Shown: in pieces, positions 1 to 8,717 of the stretch
Numbering within the stretch: the stretch's first letter is position 1
Layout of the letters: every line of letters begins with the position of its first letter
IMG/VR virus record: IMGVR_UViG_3300035698_012408
From: a virus
Strand: one strand, 5' to 3'
DNA: 64,000 bases
Made by a program: the position numbers and the translations under genes
Notes under the pieces: model-generated
What the model was told of the DNA's origin: nothing
The model's database searches: none
Seen by the model: the letters and a program-made list of their open reading frames with translations, nothing else

Positions 1-653
1 TTGGAGCAAGCACGAATGACACGCCCGACCAGCTGCTCCGGCATCTGATTCGGTGCTCCTTCAATCCGATGCTTGAACGTCCCGCAGATCCTCGGAATGT
101 GCCAAGTGTCGGCGAACTCCGGGAACGCATCAGCGTCCAGCTCCTGCGGACGAAGTACCCACGTGTCGTCAGGTAGCCGCCCGTCAGGGTTGGCCCGCTT
201 ATCCTTGTAATGCAATGCTCGCGCACTCGGGACACGGATAGCGTCGTGATTGAACACGAAGCTCTTCGGGTCCTTCACGAAGTAGAGCAGGTGAGCGTGA
301 GACCGCGTGAACTTCTTCTTGCAGTTGACGCCGAAGGTGTAGTACCAGATGATCCAGCTTCGCATGTGAAAGCCGTGATGTCGGCAAGCTATCTTCATCT
401 CTGCCGCCCACTCGTCACCGATGGCCATCCAGAAAGAACCGTCGACGGTCAGACAATCGTAAAGCGCGCTGAGCCAGTCGTCCGACCAGTGGGAATAATC
501 CTGCGGTGACATCGCGTCATCGTACTCGCCCTGATAATCAAAGCCGATATTATACGGCGGATCACAGAAAGCCAGATGCACGCTATGTGCGGGCATGTCC
601 CGCATGTACTTCACACAATCGCCCGTGTAAACCTTGTTACCAAAAGTCGCCAT
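1..653 (-). CDS. DNA methyltransferase, DPPY type (probably N6-adenine, beta-class motif order); C-terminal end lies beyond the window edge
   Basis: Absent from the ORF track because it is open at the window edge. My own translation from the ATG at 653 reads MATFGNKVYTGDCVKYMRDMPAHSVHLAFCDPPYNIGFDYQGEY...IEGAPNQMPEQLVGRVIRACS. DPPY (motif IV) sits near the N-terminus, followed later by a (N/T)Q(K/M)P..L..R.I..S-like motif. The frame stays open to position 1. TAATG overlap with the upstream stop. Confidence 0.8.
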   Translation of the reverse strand, partial: MATFGNKVYTGDCVKYMRDMPAHSVHLAFCDPPYNIGFDYQGEYDDAMSPQDYSHWSDDWLSALYDCLTVDGSFWMAIGDEWAAEMKIACRHHGFHMRSWIIWYYTFGVNCKKKFTRSHAHLLYFVKDPKSFVFNHDAIRVPSARALHYKDKRANPDGRLPDDTWVLRPQELDADAFPEFADTWHIPRICGTFKHRIEGAPNQMPEQLVGRVIRACS

Positions 654-1318
654 TACTGCATCCCTTCCGAATAGTTTTGAACGCACATGGCACACAGGAA
701 CATCGAGTCGGCGATATTATCGTCACCCGTGTCGTCCTCCAGCCGCAAAGTAGTCCCGAACTGCTCATTGCAGGCTTCGAGCATCTCCCCTTTGTTCGCG
801 TTACCGCGACCCGTTGCGTATTTCTTGAGTGTACCAATTGGTACCGACTGACACGGGATACCCCGCTCTTCAGCCCACACTACAAGCGTAGCCTGCAACG
901 AATGGACGACCTGCGCCCCGGACACTGCCCGAGCCACCATCGCCGTCAGGTTTGTTTTCTTCATGCCGGGGGCTGACCCCTGCGGCGTGTACTTGACCTC
1001 TTCATAGCAGATCACGTCTGGCTCGGTCACCTCCAGGAAGTGCTTCAACCGGATAAGCCGGATCGACTGCGTATCCCAGTTCCCGATGCTCAGATTCCAC
1101 TGCCCGCCCACCAGCACACCAGACGTCACCGGTTGCCCTGGCATGACATCACAAAACGTGACGCCGCAGTTGCTCGCCAGATCCAGCCCGAGAAAACGCT
1201 TATGTCTCGGCGGTATGATCGGCAGTCGCTTCGCATAGACCCTTGGGTCCTTGATCAGCGCCAGCTTCCCCTTGGGCAGCTCCCCCACTTCCGCTTTGAC
1301 TGCTTTCTTTTTTGCCAT
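653..1318 (-). CDS. RuvC-like Holliday-junction resolvase
   Basis: RuvC-fold acidic residues appear in the expected order: FLGLDLASNCG, ICYEEVKY, DDNIADSMFLC. Basic ~40-aa N-terminal extension (MAKKKAVK...). The start is uncertain because of a 119-nt overlap with the upstream small ORF. Confidence 0.7.
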   Translation of the reverse strand: MAKKKAVKAEVGELPKGKLALIKDPRVYAKRLPIIPPRHKRFLGLDLASNCGVTFCDVMPGQPVTSGVLVGGQWNLSIGNWDTQSIRLIRLKHFLEVTEPDVICYEEVKYTPQGSAPGMKKTNLTAMVARAVSGAQVVHSLQATLVVWAEERGIPCQSVPIGTLKKYATGRGNANKGEMLEACNEQFGTTLRLEDDTGDDNIADSMFLCAMCVQNYSEGMQ

Positions 1319-1508
1319 CAGCTGTCACTTCCCTCCAATAATCCGCACACTCTTCACATGAATGATCGCGGGGGCACGGGTCGCCCTGGTAATTGTAATA
1401 ACAATGCGAACTGCAAAATGTGTCAGACGGGTAGCTACTCCCTTTATCAAACAACTGGTCGCAGTTCGCGCAGTGAAAACTATTGTCTCCCCCGCGTGTG
1501 TCCAGCAT
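1200..1508 (-). CDS. small Cys-rich zinc-finger protein (TRASH/zf-FCS-like C-x2-C...FCSxxC)
   Basis: ATG at 1508. Pattern HCANCDQLF...DTFCSSHCYY...CEEC. The last 119 nt overlap the RuvC-like ORF out of frame and translate as a low-complexity G/A/E tail, so one of the two boundaries is probably wrong. Confidence 0.4.
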   Translation of the reverse strand: MLDTRGGDNSFHCANCDQLFDKGSSYPSDTFCSSHCYYNYQGDPCPRDHSCEECADYWREVTADGKKESSQSGSGGAAQGEAGADQGPKGLCEATADHTAET

Positions 1509-2274
1509 CGGTCGCTGAAAGACTGTTACCACGCGTAGCCTCCGTAAGTTCCTGGAACGTCTGCAAGAGGTGATGAATAAGCACGCAGTCGAAACAGGCC
1601 GTGTGCATCAAGCGCATATCTAAATTGTAGCGTTCGGCAAGGCGGTACTTAGGAGCGCAGTGGCGTTCCATGTTCCACTTCACCCCGCGACATTGCGCGT
1701 TGTTGACTCGCCGCATCCACTCGTCCAGCGTGTCTTCTGGATACGGTGGTCTGCCAGCCTGTATGGCCTTCTCAAGCAATCCGGTATCGAATATCGAGTT
1801 AAGCCGCCACGGCAACAGATAACCCTGAAGGAACCGCTTCGTATGCCCGTCCAGCATCCGTCGATCAAATCGCCAAAAACCATGACCGACCAATAGGCCG
1901 CCCTTGATAATGTGATCATAGATCATCGTAATATACTGATGCAGACCTTCCACCGGTGGCATCCCTTCTTTGCAGAGCCTGCCCCACGGATAGTAAAACG
2001 GTCGACCTTCCTTGTTGTAAATATCCGCAAGCCGGATAAGCTGCGACTTTATATACCCGTGATCGGCATGTGGGTATTGAGACCAGTCAAGCAGCAGGCT
2101 ACCCTGCTGCTTGACTTTACTGTTCTCAACCAACGCCCATCCGAGATCCACCACGAAATCCTTGTTGTGAGAGAACCCACAGGTCTCCGTGTCAAGCACC
2201 AAGTAGTCTGTCGGGAAATCAAAATGCTCCCCGAAGATTGCAAGGGTCTCATGCTCTTCTGGTGTAAATAACAT
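1480..2274 (-). CDS. DEDDh 3'-5' exonuclease (DnaQ/epsilon-like)
   Basis: ExoI LVLDTETCG, ExoII LLVGHGFWRFDRRML, ExoIII HTACFDCVLIHHLL (H-x4-D). Confidence 0.8.
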   Translation of the reverse strand: MLFTPEEHETLAIFGEHFDFPTDYLVLDTETCGFSHNKDFVVDLGWALVENSKVKQQGSLLLDWSQYPHADHGYIKSQLIRLADIYNKEGRPFYYPWGRLCKEGMPPVEGLHQYITMIYDHIIKGGLLVGHGFWRFDRRMLDGHTKRFLQGYLLPWRLNSIFDTGLLEKAIQAGRPPYPEDTLDEWMRRVNNAQCRGVKWNMERHCAPKYRLAERYNLDMRLMHTACFDCVLIHHLLQTFQELTEATRGNSLSATDAGHTRGRQ

Positions 2275-2277
2275 TGG

Positions 2278-3030
2278 TTACGCCAATTTACTGTTGAAGA
2301 TGATCTTCCACGCGGTCACGGCCGCATCCCGCACACGGCGGAAAAACCCATGATGCGTGAAAGATTGAATTAACGTATAAAGGGGCAACATGATCTCGAT
2401 CCTGTCGTGCATCCCACGTAGATCCGTAGACGCCTCCTGCTGCAATTGCCGAAGCTGCTCATGCGCTTGAACCAAGGCCCGGTCGGCCTCCTCGTGCATC
2501 GCAGCAGCCCAGTCGGCATTCAGCTGCGCAGGGGGCGTGTCCTCTTCCTCTTCCGCCGGATGCCCGGATAGTTGCTTGGCCAGTCTGCGACCAGCTGCCA
2601 CCATCTCAGCCATGTCGGGGGCTGCCGGTGACATGTGCCCATACATCGTGACGTCACGAAGGGCGACAAAGAAGCCACCCATCACCACCTCGCCAAGACG
2701 CTCGAAGATCATGATGCGGACAGGATGTGGTAAATCCAGGAACCCAGACTTCGCAAATGCGTCCTCTGGGCAGTCAACCTCGCGATCACGGACAAACAGG
2801 CGATTGGCCTCGAACAGCGCAGTGACGCCCTTTGCGAGGTCCTCGTCAGTAACACCTTCCGCGGTCAGCCAGTCCTTGAAATAATCAGACCAGTTGACCA
2901 TGTCCAAACCGTGAAACACCTCACGAAGCATCGGTAAGTAGATATAAGCTATATCGCGCTGGGGCGCGTAGGGCATACCTCCTGGATCGCTTTTAGGGCG
3001 ATACTGATGAATGGTTCTATGGGTCGTCAT
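2278..3030 (-). CDS. hypothetical protein
   Basis: ORF track 2278..3141 trimmed to the ATG at 3030 (MTTHRTIHQY...), 1 nt after the upstream stop. No motif recognised. Confidence 0.6.
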   Translation of the reverse strand: MTTHRTIHQYRPKSDPGGMPYAPQRDIAYIYLPMLREVFHGLDMVNWSDYFKDWLTAEGVTDEDLAKGVTALFEANRLFVRDREVDCPEDAFAKSGFLDLPHPVRIMIFERLGEVVMGGFFVALRDVTMYGHMSPAAPDMAEMVAAGRRLAKQLSGHPAEEEEDTPPAQLNADWAAAMHEEADRALVQAHEQLRQLQQEASTDLRGMHDRIEIMLPLYTLIQSFTHHGFFRRVRDAAVTAWKIIFNSKLA

Positions 3031-3031
3031 A

Positions 3032-4381
3032 TTATTCCTCCGGGAAACCCAACATCTTGAAAGCGACAGCCTGAATGCCTGGAATCGGCCGCAGACTGTC
3101 AACATCGATCGGGATAGCCAAATCCGCCACGAAGAACTCACGATCTCGCAGCATAAATCTTAACGCTGCCTGCCGATCCACCGTTCTGGAATTTAGCACA
3201 TTGTTCGCGTCTGTTGCGTGCATGCCGGTATAGACAAATTCGTCACTGGCGATGTCGTGCTGGATCGCCAATATATGCCGCGTGGCATACAGCGAATCCA
3301 TCGAACAGTAACGAGCGATCATAGGCATACGTGCAGCCACGAAATCATCCATCGTGACCAACGGCTTGTCCGTGGACCCGAAGGCCCCAACGTCACGATG
3401 CGTCACATGATCGAAGTTATCCACGATCGGGCAATCCGCGATGGCGTACTTCTGATACACCACCTGCACGATCTTGGCACCAACTTTAACGACCACCGGC
3501 TTATGACTGTGATTGACCAGTCGGACAAACCACTCGCCGCGATAGTCGTCATCGATCACGCCAGCCAAGCGATGAACCTGCTTGATCGCACCCAGGCCGC
3601 CGCGGTCCCACAACAAGCCAACATACCCCTCGGGGATAGCCTGCTTGATGCCGGTGCGAAACAAGAACGAGTCACCGGGCTTAATGGTGATCATCCCGTT
3701 CGCCCCTAGCAAGTCCCACCCTGCCAGCGTCTCGTCGTCCCAGTCGCCATCATACAGGTTGGTGCAACCGCCCACGCAGCAGATGTCGTGACCTGCCGCT
3801 CCATCGCTTCCACGCACGGGTACCTGACCGTTCGGGTGCGTCAGCACCGTCGGTACGGTAATGTTGTAAGCTGCACTCATGCTTCCTGGTTGCTGCTCCA
3901 TCGGAGTCACGGCCAGTATCTGCCGCTCCTCGTCAGTCGCATCGTCATAGGCCGCAAGTGCCGCGTCCCACCGTTCCAATACGGCAGGCGGCTGCGTGGC
4001 CCGGTTAGCTTCAGTGACATAGATCCCTGTCTCCAGGTACGCCCACACGATATTCTCGTCCACACCAACACGCAGCATCGCTTGCGCTGTCTGCTGCCGG
4101 CCTGCTGGTGCTGCCGCCGCTTCGGTTGCCGCAGTGACCTCCGAGATCGTGGCACCTGCTACGTAAGGACGCTCCCTCGGACGCAGGTTTGCCGGGCGGT
4201 GGTGCGTCCTGGGCTTGGTCTTGCTCAGACAGCACTTCTTGAACTTCACGCCGCTACCACATGGACATGGGTCATTACGTCCAACACGGCTGTGTCTGCG
4301 AGCCTGTGATCCGATAACCTGCCCTGGCGGCAGTCGGGGGCCGGGGTTACCGGCCATTGCCGCCATCGTCGCCATTCTCAT
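3032..4381 (-). CDS. dut: SEC-C metal-binding motif / dUTPase fusion protein with C-terminal extension
   Basis: N-terminal RNDPCPCGSGVKFKKCC (SEC-C motif). Central dUTPase motifs GAAGHDI, GVIDDDYRGEW, KIVQVVY, RDVGAFGSTDK. About 80 aa of extra C-terminal sequence. Start taken at the ATGA overlap (4381); the longest ORF reaches 4420. Confidence 0.8.
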   Translation of the reverse strand: MRMATMAAMAGNPGPRLPPGQVIGSQARRHSRVGRNDPCPCGSGVKFKKCCLSKTKPRTHHRPANLRPRERPYVAGATISEVTAATEAAAAPAGRQQTAQAMLRVGVDENIVWAYLETGIYVTEANRATQPPAVLERWDAALAAYDDATDEERQILAVTPMEQQPGSMSAAYNITVPTVLTHPNGQVPVRGSDGAAGHDICCVGGCTNLYDGDWDDETLAGWDLLGANGMITIKPGDSFLFRTGIKQAIPEGYVGLLWDRGGLGAIKQVHRLAGVIDDDYRGEWFVRLVNHSHKPVVVKVGAKIVQVVYQKYAIADCPIVDNFDHVTHRDVGAFGSTDKPLVTMDDFVAARMPMIARYCSMDSLYATRHILAIQHDIASDEFVYTGMHATDANNVLNSRTVDRQAALRFMLRDREFFVADLAIPIDVDSLRPIPGIQAVAFKMLGFPEE

Positions 4382-5073
4382 GACGTCGCGGCTGGTTCCT
4401 GGAGGGTTACGGGGGTCCATGATATTTTCTTCTCCAAAAGGGTTTCAGCGAAATGGTGAAGTGAGCCGTACAACTGCGTATCAGACTCCAGCCCTGTGTC
4501 TTCGGGACTAATGGCCGCGAGCTGCATGCCCAACGACCGCCCGAACTCCAAGTTGTCAACCGTGTCAACGTGCCAGCTGTCTTTCATCTGCACGTTATAG
4601 ACCGGTTGGATCTCTTTGTACCACAAGCCCAGCTTCGGTTTCCGGCACTCGCAGCCAGCCTCCGGCTTGTGGAAGCAGACAGCTGACCATCCGGGGAAAG
4701 TCAACGGCCCAGCGACATCTGACCTACCATTATAAAAGTGATGCCAGAAATAACTCTCTCGCACCTTGGCCATCAATTCGTAATAGGCATCCTTCGTGAA
4801 CAAGCCACGACCGACGCCTGACTGGTTCGTGGCAATCACCACGACGTAACCTGCCCGTTGCAGCTCGTAAAGAGCCTCGGGCACACCGGGAAGCCATTCC
4901 CATTTATCGAATGACCCAACCTCGCCTCTGTCAGCGGTGTTGATCACTCCGTCGCGAGCCATCACGATAAGGCGTACGTAGGTATCAGGATCAAGTAGCT
5001 GGTTCCGCGTGCGGATCGAGCTGAATGACCCTTTCCCTCCCGTGGCCTGTTTTCTTCGCTTCTTGTTTCGCAT
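4378..5073 (-). CDS. HAD-IIIA phosphatase, GmhB/HisB-N-like (heptose bisphosphate phosphatase family), nucleophile Asp replaced by Ala
   Basis: VVIATNQSGVGRGLF (motif II region) and the Zn loop C-F-H-x5-C-E-C-RKP match GmhB. Motif I reads VMARDGVIN instead of FLDRDG(T/V)IN; I verified the GCT Ala codon in the DNA. 83-nt overlap with the upstream ORF. Confidence 0.7.
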   Translation of the reverse strand: MRNKKRRKQATGGKGSFSSIRTRNQLLDPDTYVRLIVMARDGVINTADRGEVGSFDKWEWLPGVPEALYELQRAGYVVVIATNQSGVGRGLFTKDAYYELMAKVRESYFWHHFYNGRSDVAGPLTFPGWSAVCFHKPEAGCECRKPKLGLWYKEIQPVYNVQMKDSWHVDTVDNLEFGRSLGMQLAAISPEDTGLESDTQLYGSLHHFAETLLEKKISWTPVTLQEPAATS

Positions 5074-5575
5074 AACGCTCCATCAATGTGTTTGCAATCT
5101 GAGATAGATCAAATTTCGTAAGAACCGGTGGTTCTAGTTGTTCGCTCGTATGCTTCGGGTACGCATTATATATCACAGAGCTGGCGTCCACGCCTAGCGT
5201 GTCACACGTCGTGCGGCCGCCATGCTTTTCGTCTGGTGGCTCGTACCCTTCAGGCATCTCCACCCATTCGCCGCCGTCAATCAGCTCTTCTAGGCCCTGT
5301 AATTCATCATGACTTAACGACTCACCATCTTCGTAACAATCATCCCACGACGCATAGTAACGTGGCGCGTAGTGAAAGTAAGTCACGCGATGGAATGAGG
5401 CTTCTTCAATAACCGCAAATGCTTCGGTAAGGCCAATCAGCTTCAGGAGCCACAACGTGTATTCTAACGTCATCGGTATGACAGTGTACGTGAAACCATC
5501 CAAATCACCTGACCCGCTCGTGTAGCCCACAATGTGCATCACTGGCTGGTCAGTTTTCTTCTTGTCCTCCGTCAT
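4991..5575 (-). CDS. hypothetical protein
   Basis: 194-aa ORF with an ATG start, acidic. No motif recognised. Confidence 0.6.
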   Translation of the reverse strand: MTEDKKKTDQPVMHIVGYTSGSGDLDGFTYTVIPMTLEYTLWLLKLIGLTEAFAVIEEASFHRVTYFHYAPRYYASWDDCYEDGESLSHDELQGLEELIDGGEWVEMPEGYEPPDEKHGGRTTCDTLGVDASSVIYNAYPKHTSEQLEPPVLTKFDLSQIANTLMERYAKQEAKKTGHGRERVIQLDPHAEPAT

Positions 5576-6160
5576 TTAATCACCTTCGTCGCATTCCTCC
5601 CTGTTGACGTACTCCACTCGAAACGTGCCCAGTTCGTTCGGTTCGTCGACCATCGACGCCCGCAACATGTCTGCGACCATATCACTGAGCCCGCGGCGTC
5701 TGGCGTTCGCCTCCATCTCTGGAGCCGATGACATTTCGACCGACCACCATATCGCCACGTCGTGGATGCCCCAGAACGAGAGCGGTACACGGGTGAAGCC
5801 TCCGATAAAGCGGAAGCCCATCTCCGTGATAGCCCACATCCCAGAACGATTTAACGGATTATTCGGATTCTCAGAAAACTGCCGAATGAATCCATAGTGC
5901 CTCAGCACGTTAAGCATCTTGTTGTAAGCCTGCCCGTCAGGTGCGAAGTCGCGGCAATGCACCTCGACCCCGACACCAGCAGCGGCCAGTCGTCGCAAGA
6001 TGGCAAAATGCCCGCTGACCAGCTTGTATCGCTTGACGCGATTATGAGCATGGCACACCGGACATACGCAGCCATCGCCACCCACCCGCTCACTCTCCAC
6101 AAAAGCGCAGAGCGTCGGGTAAGTGGTTTCATCAGTCGGAATCATGCGGGATGCTGGCAT
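5576..6160 (-). CDS. hypothetical protein with CxxC zinc knuckle
   Basis: Trimmed to the ATG at 6160 (MPASRMIPTDE...), just after the thyX stop at 6162. Contains CVCPVCHAH. Confidence 0.6.
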   Translation of the reverse strand: MPASRMIPTDETTYPTLCAFVESERVGGDGCVCPVCHAHNRVKRYKLVSGHFAILRRLAAAGVGVEVHCRDFAPDGQAYNKMLNVLRHYGFIRQFSENPNNPLNRSGMWAITEMGFRFIGGFTRVPLSFWGIHDVAIWWSVEMSSAPEMEANARRRGLSDMVADMLRASMVDEPNELGTFRVEYVNREECDEGD

Positions 6161-6161
6161 G

Positions 6162-7103
6162 TTACACTTTCTGGTACTTAGGAACCCAGAAGCCGTTCTC
6201 GTCTTCCTCGAAGTCACCGAAGATCATTGGCTCTTTCTCGGCCATGATCTTGATAACGCGAGAGAAGACGTGCAGGATCTCTTCCTCGGCCGACTCTGAA
6301 GTTCGCATGGCGATGACGTGACGTAACGCACGGAGGTTGCCGGTCCAGACGCCGCCAGTGGCGACACCCATCGGGACGATACGCCGCATCATGGACGTGA
6401 TCTGCTTCTTCCCGTGGAACTTCGAGTCCGGGGCAAGCTCTGCGGCCCAGAGGTCCATCAACAACGTATAATTTGCTTCAGTCTGCGCAAACGCTCGACT
6501 AAAGATCTCCCGTGAAAGCTGTTTTCGCTGGTCAAGTGTCAGCGACTCGACAGCGGGCGGCGAGTGAAATACAGAATCGGCCTCCGCATCCGCCTCACTC
6601 ATACCTTTACGTGCCAGCCCGAACTGTGAGGAAACACAGGTCACCTCTTCGCTAGTGTAGACGTCCTCGCCCTTCAGCGAGTCCGGCACCCAGTACGGGA
6701 TGTCGTCGAAGCGGATGTACCGCATGGAACCCTCGGAGATCGCCCAGCCGGCCCGGTGGCGGTTCATCTCGCCCGTGAAGACACGGGAGACGTTCTCGAA
6801 GCTGAACGTGTAGACGGCATGCTCCAGGACCGACCCGTGACCGCTGGCCAGGATGTTGTCCAGGTACGCAAGGTAATCCTTACGCACACGCGTAATGTTG
6901 GGGTTCAGTTTGGAATTCACCTCGAAAGCCTTGTAGCATCGCTTGGCCGCTAAGGCGATCAGCAATGCAGGGTTGGTCACTGCCCCGTCTTCGGGCATGT
7001 TGTGATCTTCGACTCCGATGAAGTCAAGCCACTTCTTCACTTCGTCCTTGTCTACTTCGCTTCTGGCGATGTTGAATACGCCAATTTCTACTGGTCCCGG
7101 CAT
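6162..7103 (-). CDS. thyX: flavin-dependent thymidylate synthase ThyX
   Basis: ThyX signature RHRAGWAISEGSMRY (RHR-x7-S-x-RY). ATG at 7103 preceded by AGAGGAAACA. Confidence 0.9.
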   Translation of the reverse strand: MPGPVEIGVFNIARSEVDKDEVKKWLDFIGVEDHNMPEDGAVTNPALLIALAAKRCYKAFEVNSKLNPNITRVRKDYLAYLDNILASGHGSVLEHAVYTFSFENVSRVFTGEMNRHRAGWAISEGSMRYIRFDDIPYWVPDSLKGEDVYTSEEVTCVSSQFGLARKGMSEADAEADSVFHSPPAVESLTLDQRKQLSREIFSRAFAQTEANYTLLMDLWAAELAPDSKFHGKKQITSMMRRIVPMGVATGGVWTGNLRALRHVIAMRTSESAEEEILHVFSRVIKIMAEKEPMIFGDFEEDENGFWVPKYQKV

Positions 7104-7114
7104 TGTTTCCTCTG

Positions 7115-7717
7115 CTATCTCCGATTCCTCTGGCGGCAGTACCGCTCTTGCCAGCAGGCCCGCGCATCGGACCACCGGCGGAATCGACGTTTGAGTTTAT
7201 CCATTTCCTTAACATCATCACCCGAGTAACCGCCCCAGATGTCGAACCACGCGTATGAGAAATGACTACCCTTGGGTATCTCCCACTCGTGTATGTCTGA
7301 CTGGATGATCTCCAATCTCGGGTCAATCAGGTGCGGGCTGACGAGCTTAATCACGTCGGGTGAGATCTCCACGACCGTAACACGCTCAACAGCCTTTTCC
7401 ATCAGCACCCCGCGAGCCACGACCCCAAGGCCTAGACCCGCGATAAGCACATGCCCACCTTCTTTACTGCAATGCCGTATCGGGGCACTGTTCGTCTCGA
7501 TCTCTTCAGCCGTGTCAGACATGATGATCTCTTTGCCGTACATCAGCCGCGTGTAGTTGCCGGCCGGTACGAAACCAAAGCCCTTCATGGCAGCCCGTAG
7601 CTTCGTCCTATCCGACTCCTCCTCCGATACCGAAAACTTCTCGATCGTCCAATCGCCCGACTTCCCCTCAGGGATATGCGGGACTTGATACTTCAACCAC
7701 CAAGGGTCGCTGCTCAA
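7115..7717 (-). CDS. class I SAM-dependent methyltransferase (spermidine-synthase-like fold)
   Basis: Motif I VLIAGLGLGVVARG, acidic motif II VTVVEISPDV, IIQSDI, WFDIW. TTG start coupled to the upstream stop (TTGA). Confidence 0.6.
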   Translation of the reverse strand: MSSDPWWLKYQVPHIPEGKSGDWTIEKFSVSEEESDRTKLRAAMKGFGFVPAGNYTRLMYGKEIIMSDTAEEIETNSAPIRHCSKEGGHVLIAGLGLGVVARGVLMEKAVERVTVVEISPDVIKLVSPHLIDPRLEIIQSDIHEWEIPKGSHFSYAWFDIWGGYSGDDVKEMDKLKRRFRRWSDARACWQERYCRQRNRR

Positions 7718-8571
7718 GTTTCTCTCCTTAATCGCTGTCGCTGCGCACAGGCTATGCAGGCCGTCGTTGGCTCTTCCGGGTCAAACAAGACCTCGGACTC
7801 TCCGCAGACGAGGCATGGCCCCTTCTCGTAAGTATGCTGGTGTGTTGCCGCACGGCAGGCCGCAACGCCGACAGCGCACTTGTGGCATTCATGCAACCAC
7901 CCATGCGGGCAATACTCGCCAACGCGTAGTCGCAAACGTAACACGTGCTTGCGATTCCACGCAATCATTGAAGTCGAGCATTTCACCTCATGAAACTCAG
8001 GAGATCCGTGGCTCTTAGCCGCCTCAATGCGACCATAGAACCGCAAGCCTAGTAATTGCATCGCGTGGCTGAAGGGGAACTTCCCATACGATCTGGAAAA
8101 TCCCACCTGTCTCGCCACGAACCTTATCACGTTAGGCCGCCAGAACACCCGTACCTTCAAAGGGCAAGATGACCCAGCCAACACGCGTATCGTGAACTCA
8201 GTTCCCGTCTTATGGTATTTGTTCTTCGTGAACACGCCACGAAGTACCTCAAGCGGCACCCACTCGTCACGCTGTTGTGACGCCCAAGGGAGCACCGAAT
8301 GACCAGCACGCAATCTCGCTATGTTACCCGATAGCCGCCAAGCCAATCTGTAGGCCTCGACATCGCTTAACGGATAACCCGCGAGGTACCGTACCGATTC
8401 GTACACTGCGTCATATCCAGCACCACTCGGCAAGCGCCGCTGAAGTGCTCGTGCTAACGCATCTACACGTGGTCCCTCCAGCGTCTCGCCGACAAACTGA
8501 TCAAGCACGGTGCTCATTAAAACCTCGCGACGCCTGAACACGTCTGACAGGTTATACCGTGTATTTGCCAT
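7714..8571 (-). CDS. hypothetical protein, Cys/His-rich C-terminus
   Basis: 285 aa. C-terminal CPHGWLHECHKC...CLVCGES...CIACA. Confidence 0.6.
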   Translation of the reverse strand: MANTRYNLSDVFRRREVLMSTVLDQFVGETLEGPRVDALARALQRRLPSGAGYDAVYESVRYLAGYPLSDVEAYRLAWRLSGNIARLRAGHSVLPWASQQRDEWVPLEVLRGVFTKNKYHKTGTEFTIRVLAGSSCPLKVRVFWRPNVIRFVARQVGFSRSYGKFPFSHAMQLLGLRFYGRIEAAKSHGSPEFHEVKCSTSMIAWNRKHVLRLRLRVGEYCPHGWLHECHKCAVGVAACRAATHQHTYEKGPCLVCGESEVLFDPEEPTTACIACAQRQRLRRET

Positions 8572-8717
8572 CAGCGTGTCTTCAACCCCAGGGGTCCAGC
8601 GTGCAGTGAGACGGCGTTATCCTTCTTGGGTTTTACCACCGCCGTTTTCTTCTTTGCAGCCTTCTTCTTGGCCGTCTTCTTGACCGCCTTCTTCTTTGCT
8701 GCCTTCTTTTTGGCCAT
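8571..8717 (-). CDS. 48-aa lysine/alanine-rich (AKKK-repeat) basic peptide
   Basis: Not in the ORF track (under 60 aa). My translation: MAKKKAAKKKAVKKTAKKKAAKKKTAVVKPKKDNAVSLHAGPLGLKTR*. GGAGGAGG lies 6-8 nt upstream of the ATG. Its TGA overlaps the next ATG (TGATG). It overlaps the 3' part of ORF 8617..8820 in another frame. Confidence 0.4.
   Translation of the reverse strand: MAKKKAAKKKAVKKTAKKKAAKKKTAVVKPKKDNAVSLHAGPLGLKTR

Noticed and set aside
3218-4309. Plus-strand ORFs 3218..3709 and 3788..4309, and similar out-of-frame or antisense ORFs throughout (e.g. 9942..10559, 41566..42402, 48376..49071, 51885..52703)
   Set aside because: Each is antisense to a minus-strand ORF with recognisable motifs or coupling signals. 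All lack SDs. They are typical of GC-rich DNA with few stop codons.
6166-6185. 15/17 match to the 17-nt motif (tggtacttaggaaccca) at the 3' end of thyX
   Set aside because: It lies inside coding sequence (the ...PKYQKV* end of ThyX) and is in the opposite orientation relative to gene direction. It is probably a chance match helped by the partial palindromy of the motif.
8700-8717. Programmed ribosomal frameshift at CCAAAAAG joining the Zn-ribbon to the AKKK tail
   Set aside because: The required shift is +1/-2. The sequence is not a canonical X-XXY-YYZ heptamer in the zero frame, and no downstream structure is evident. I kept it only as an alternative in the dual-coding finding.
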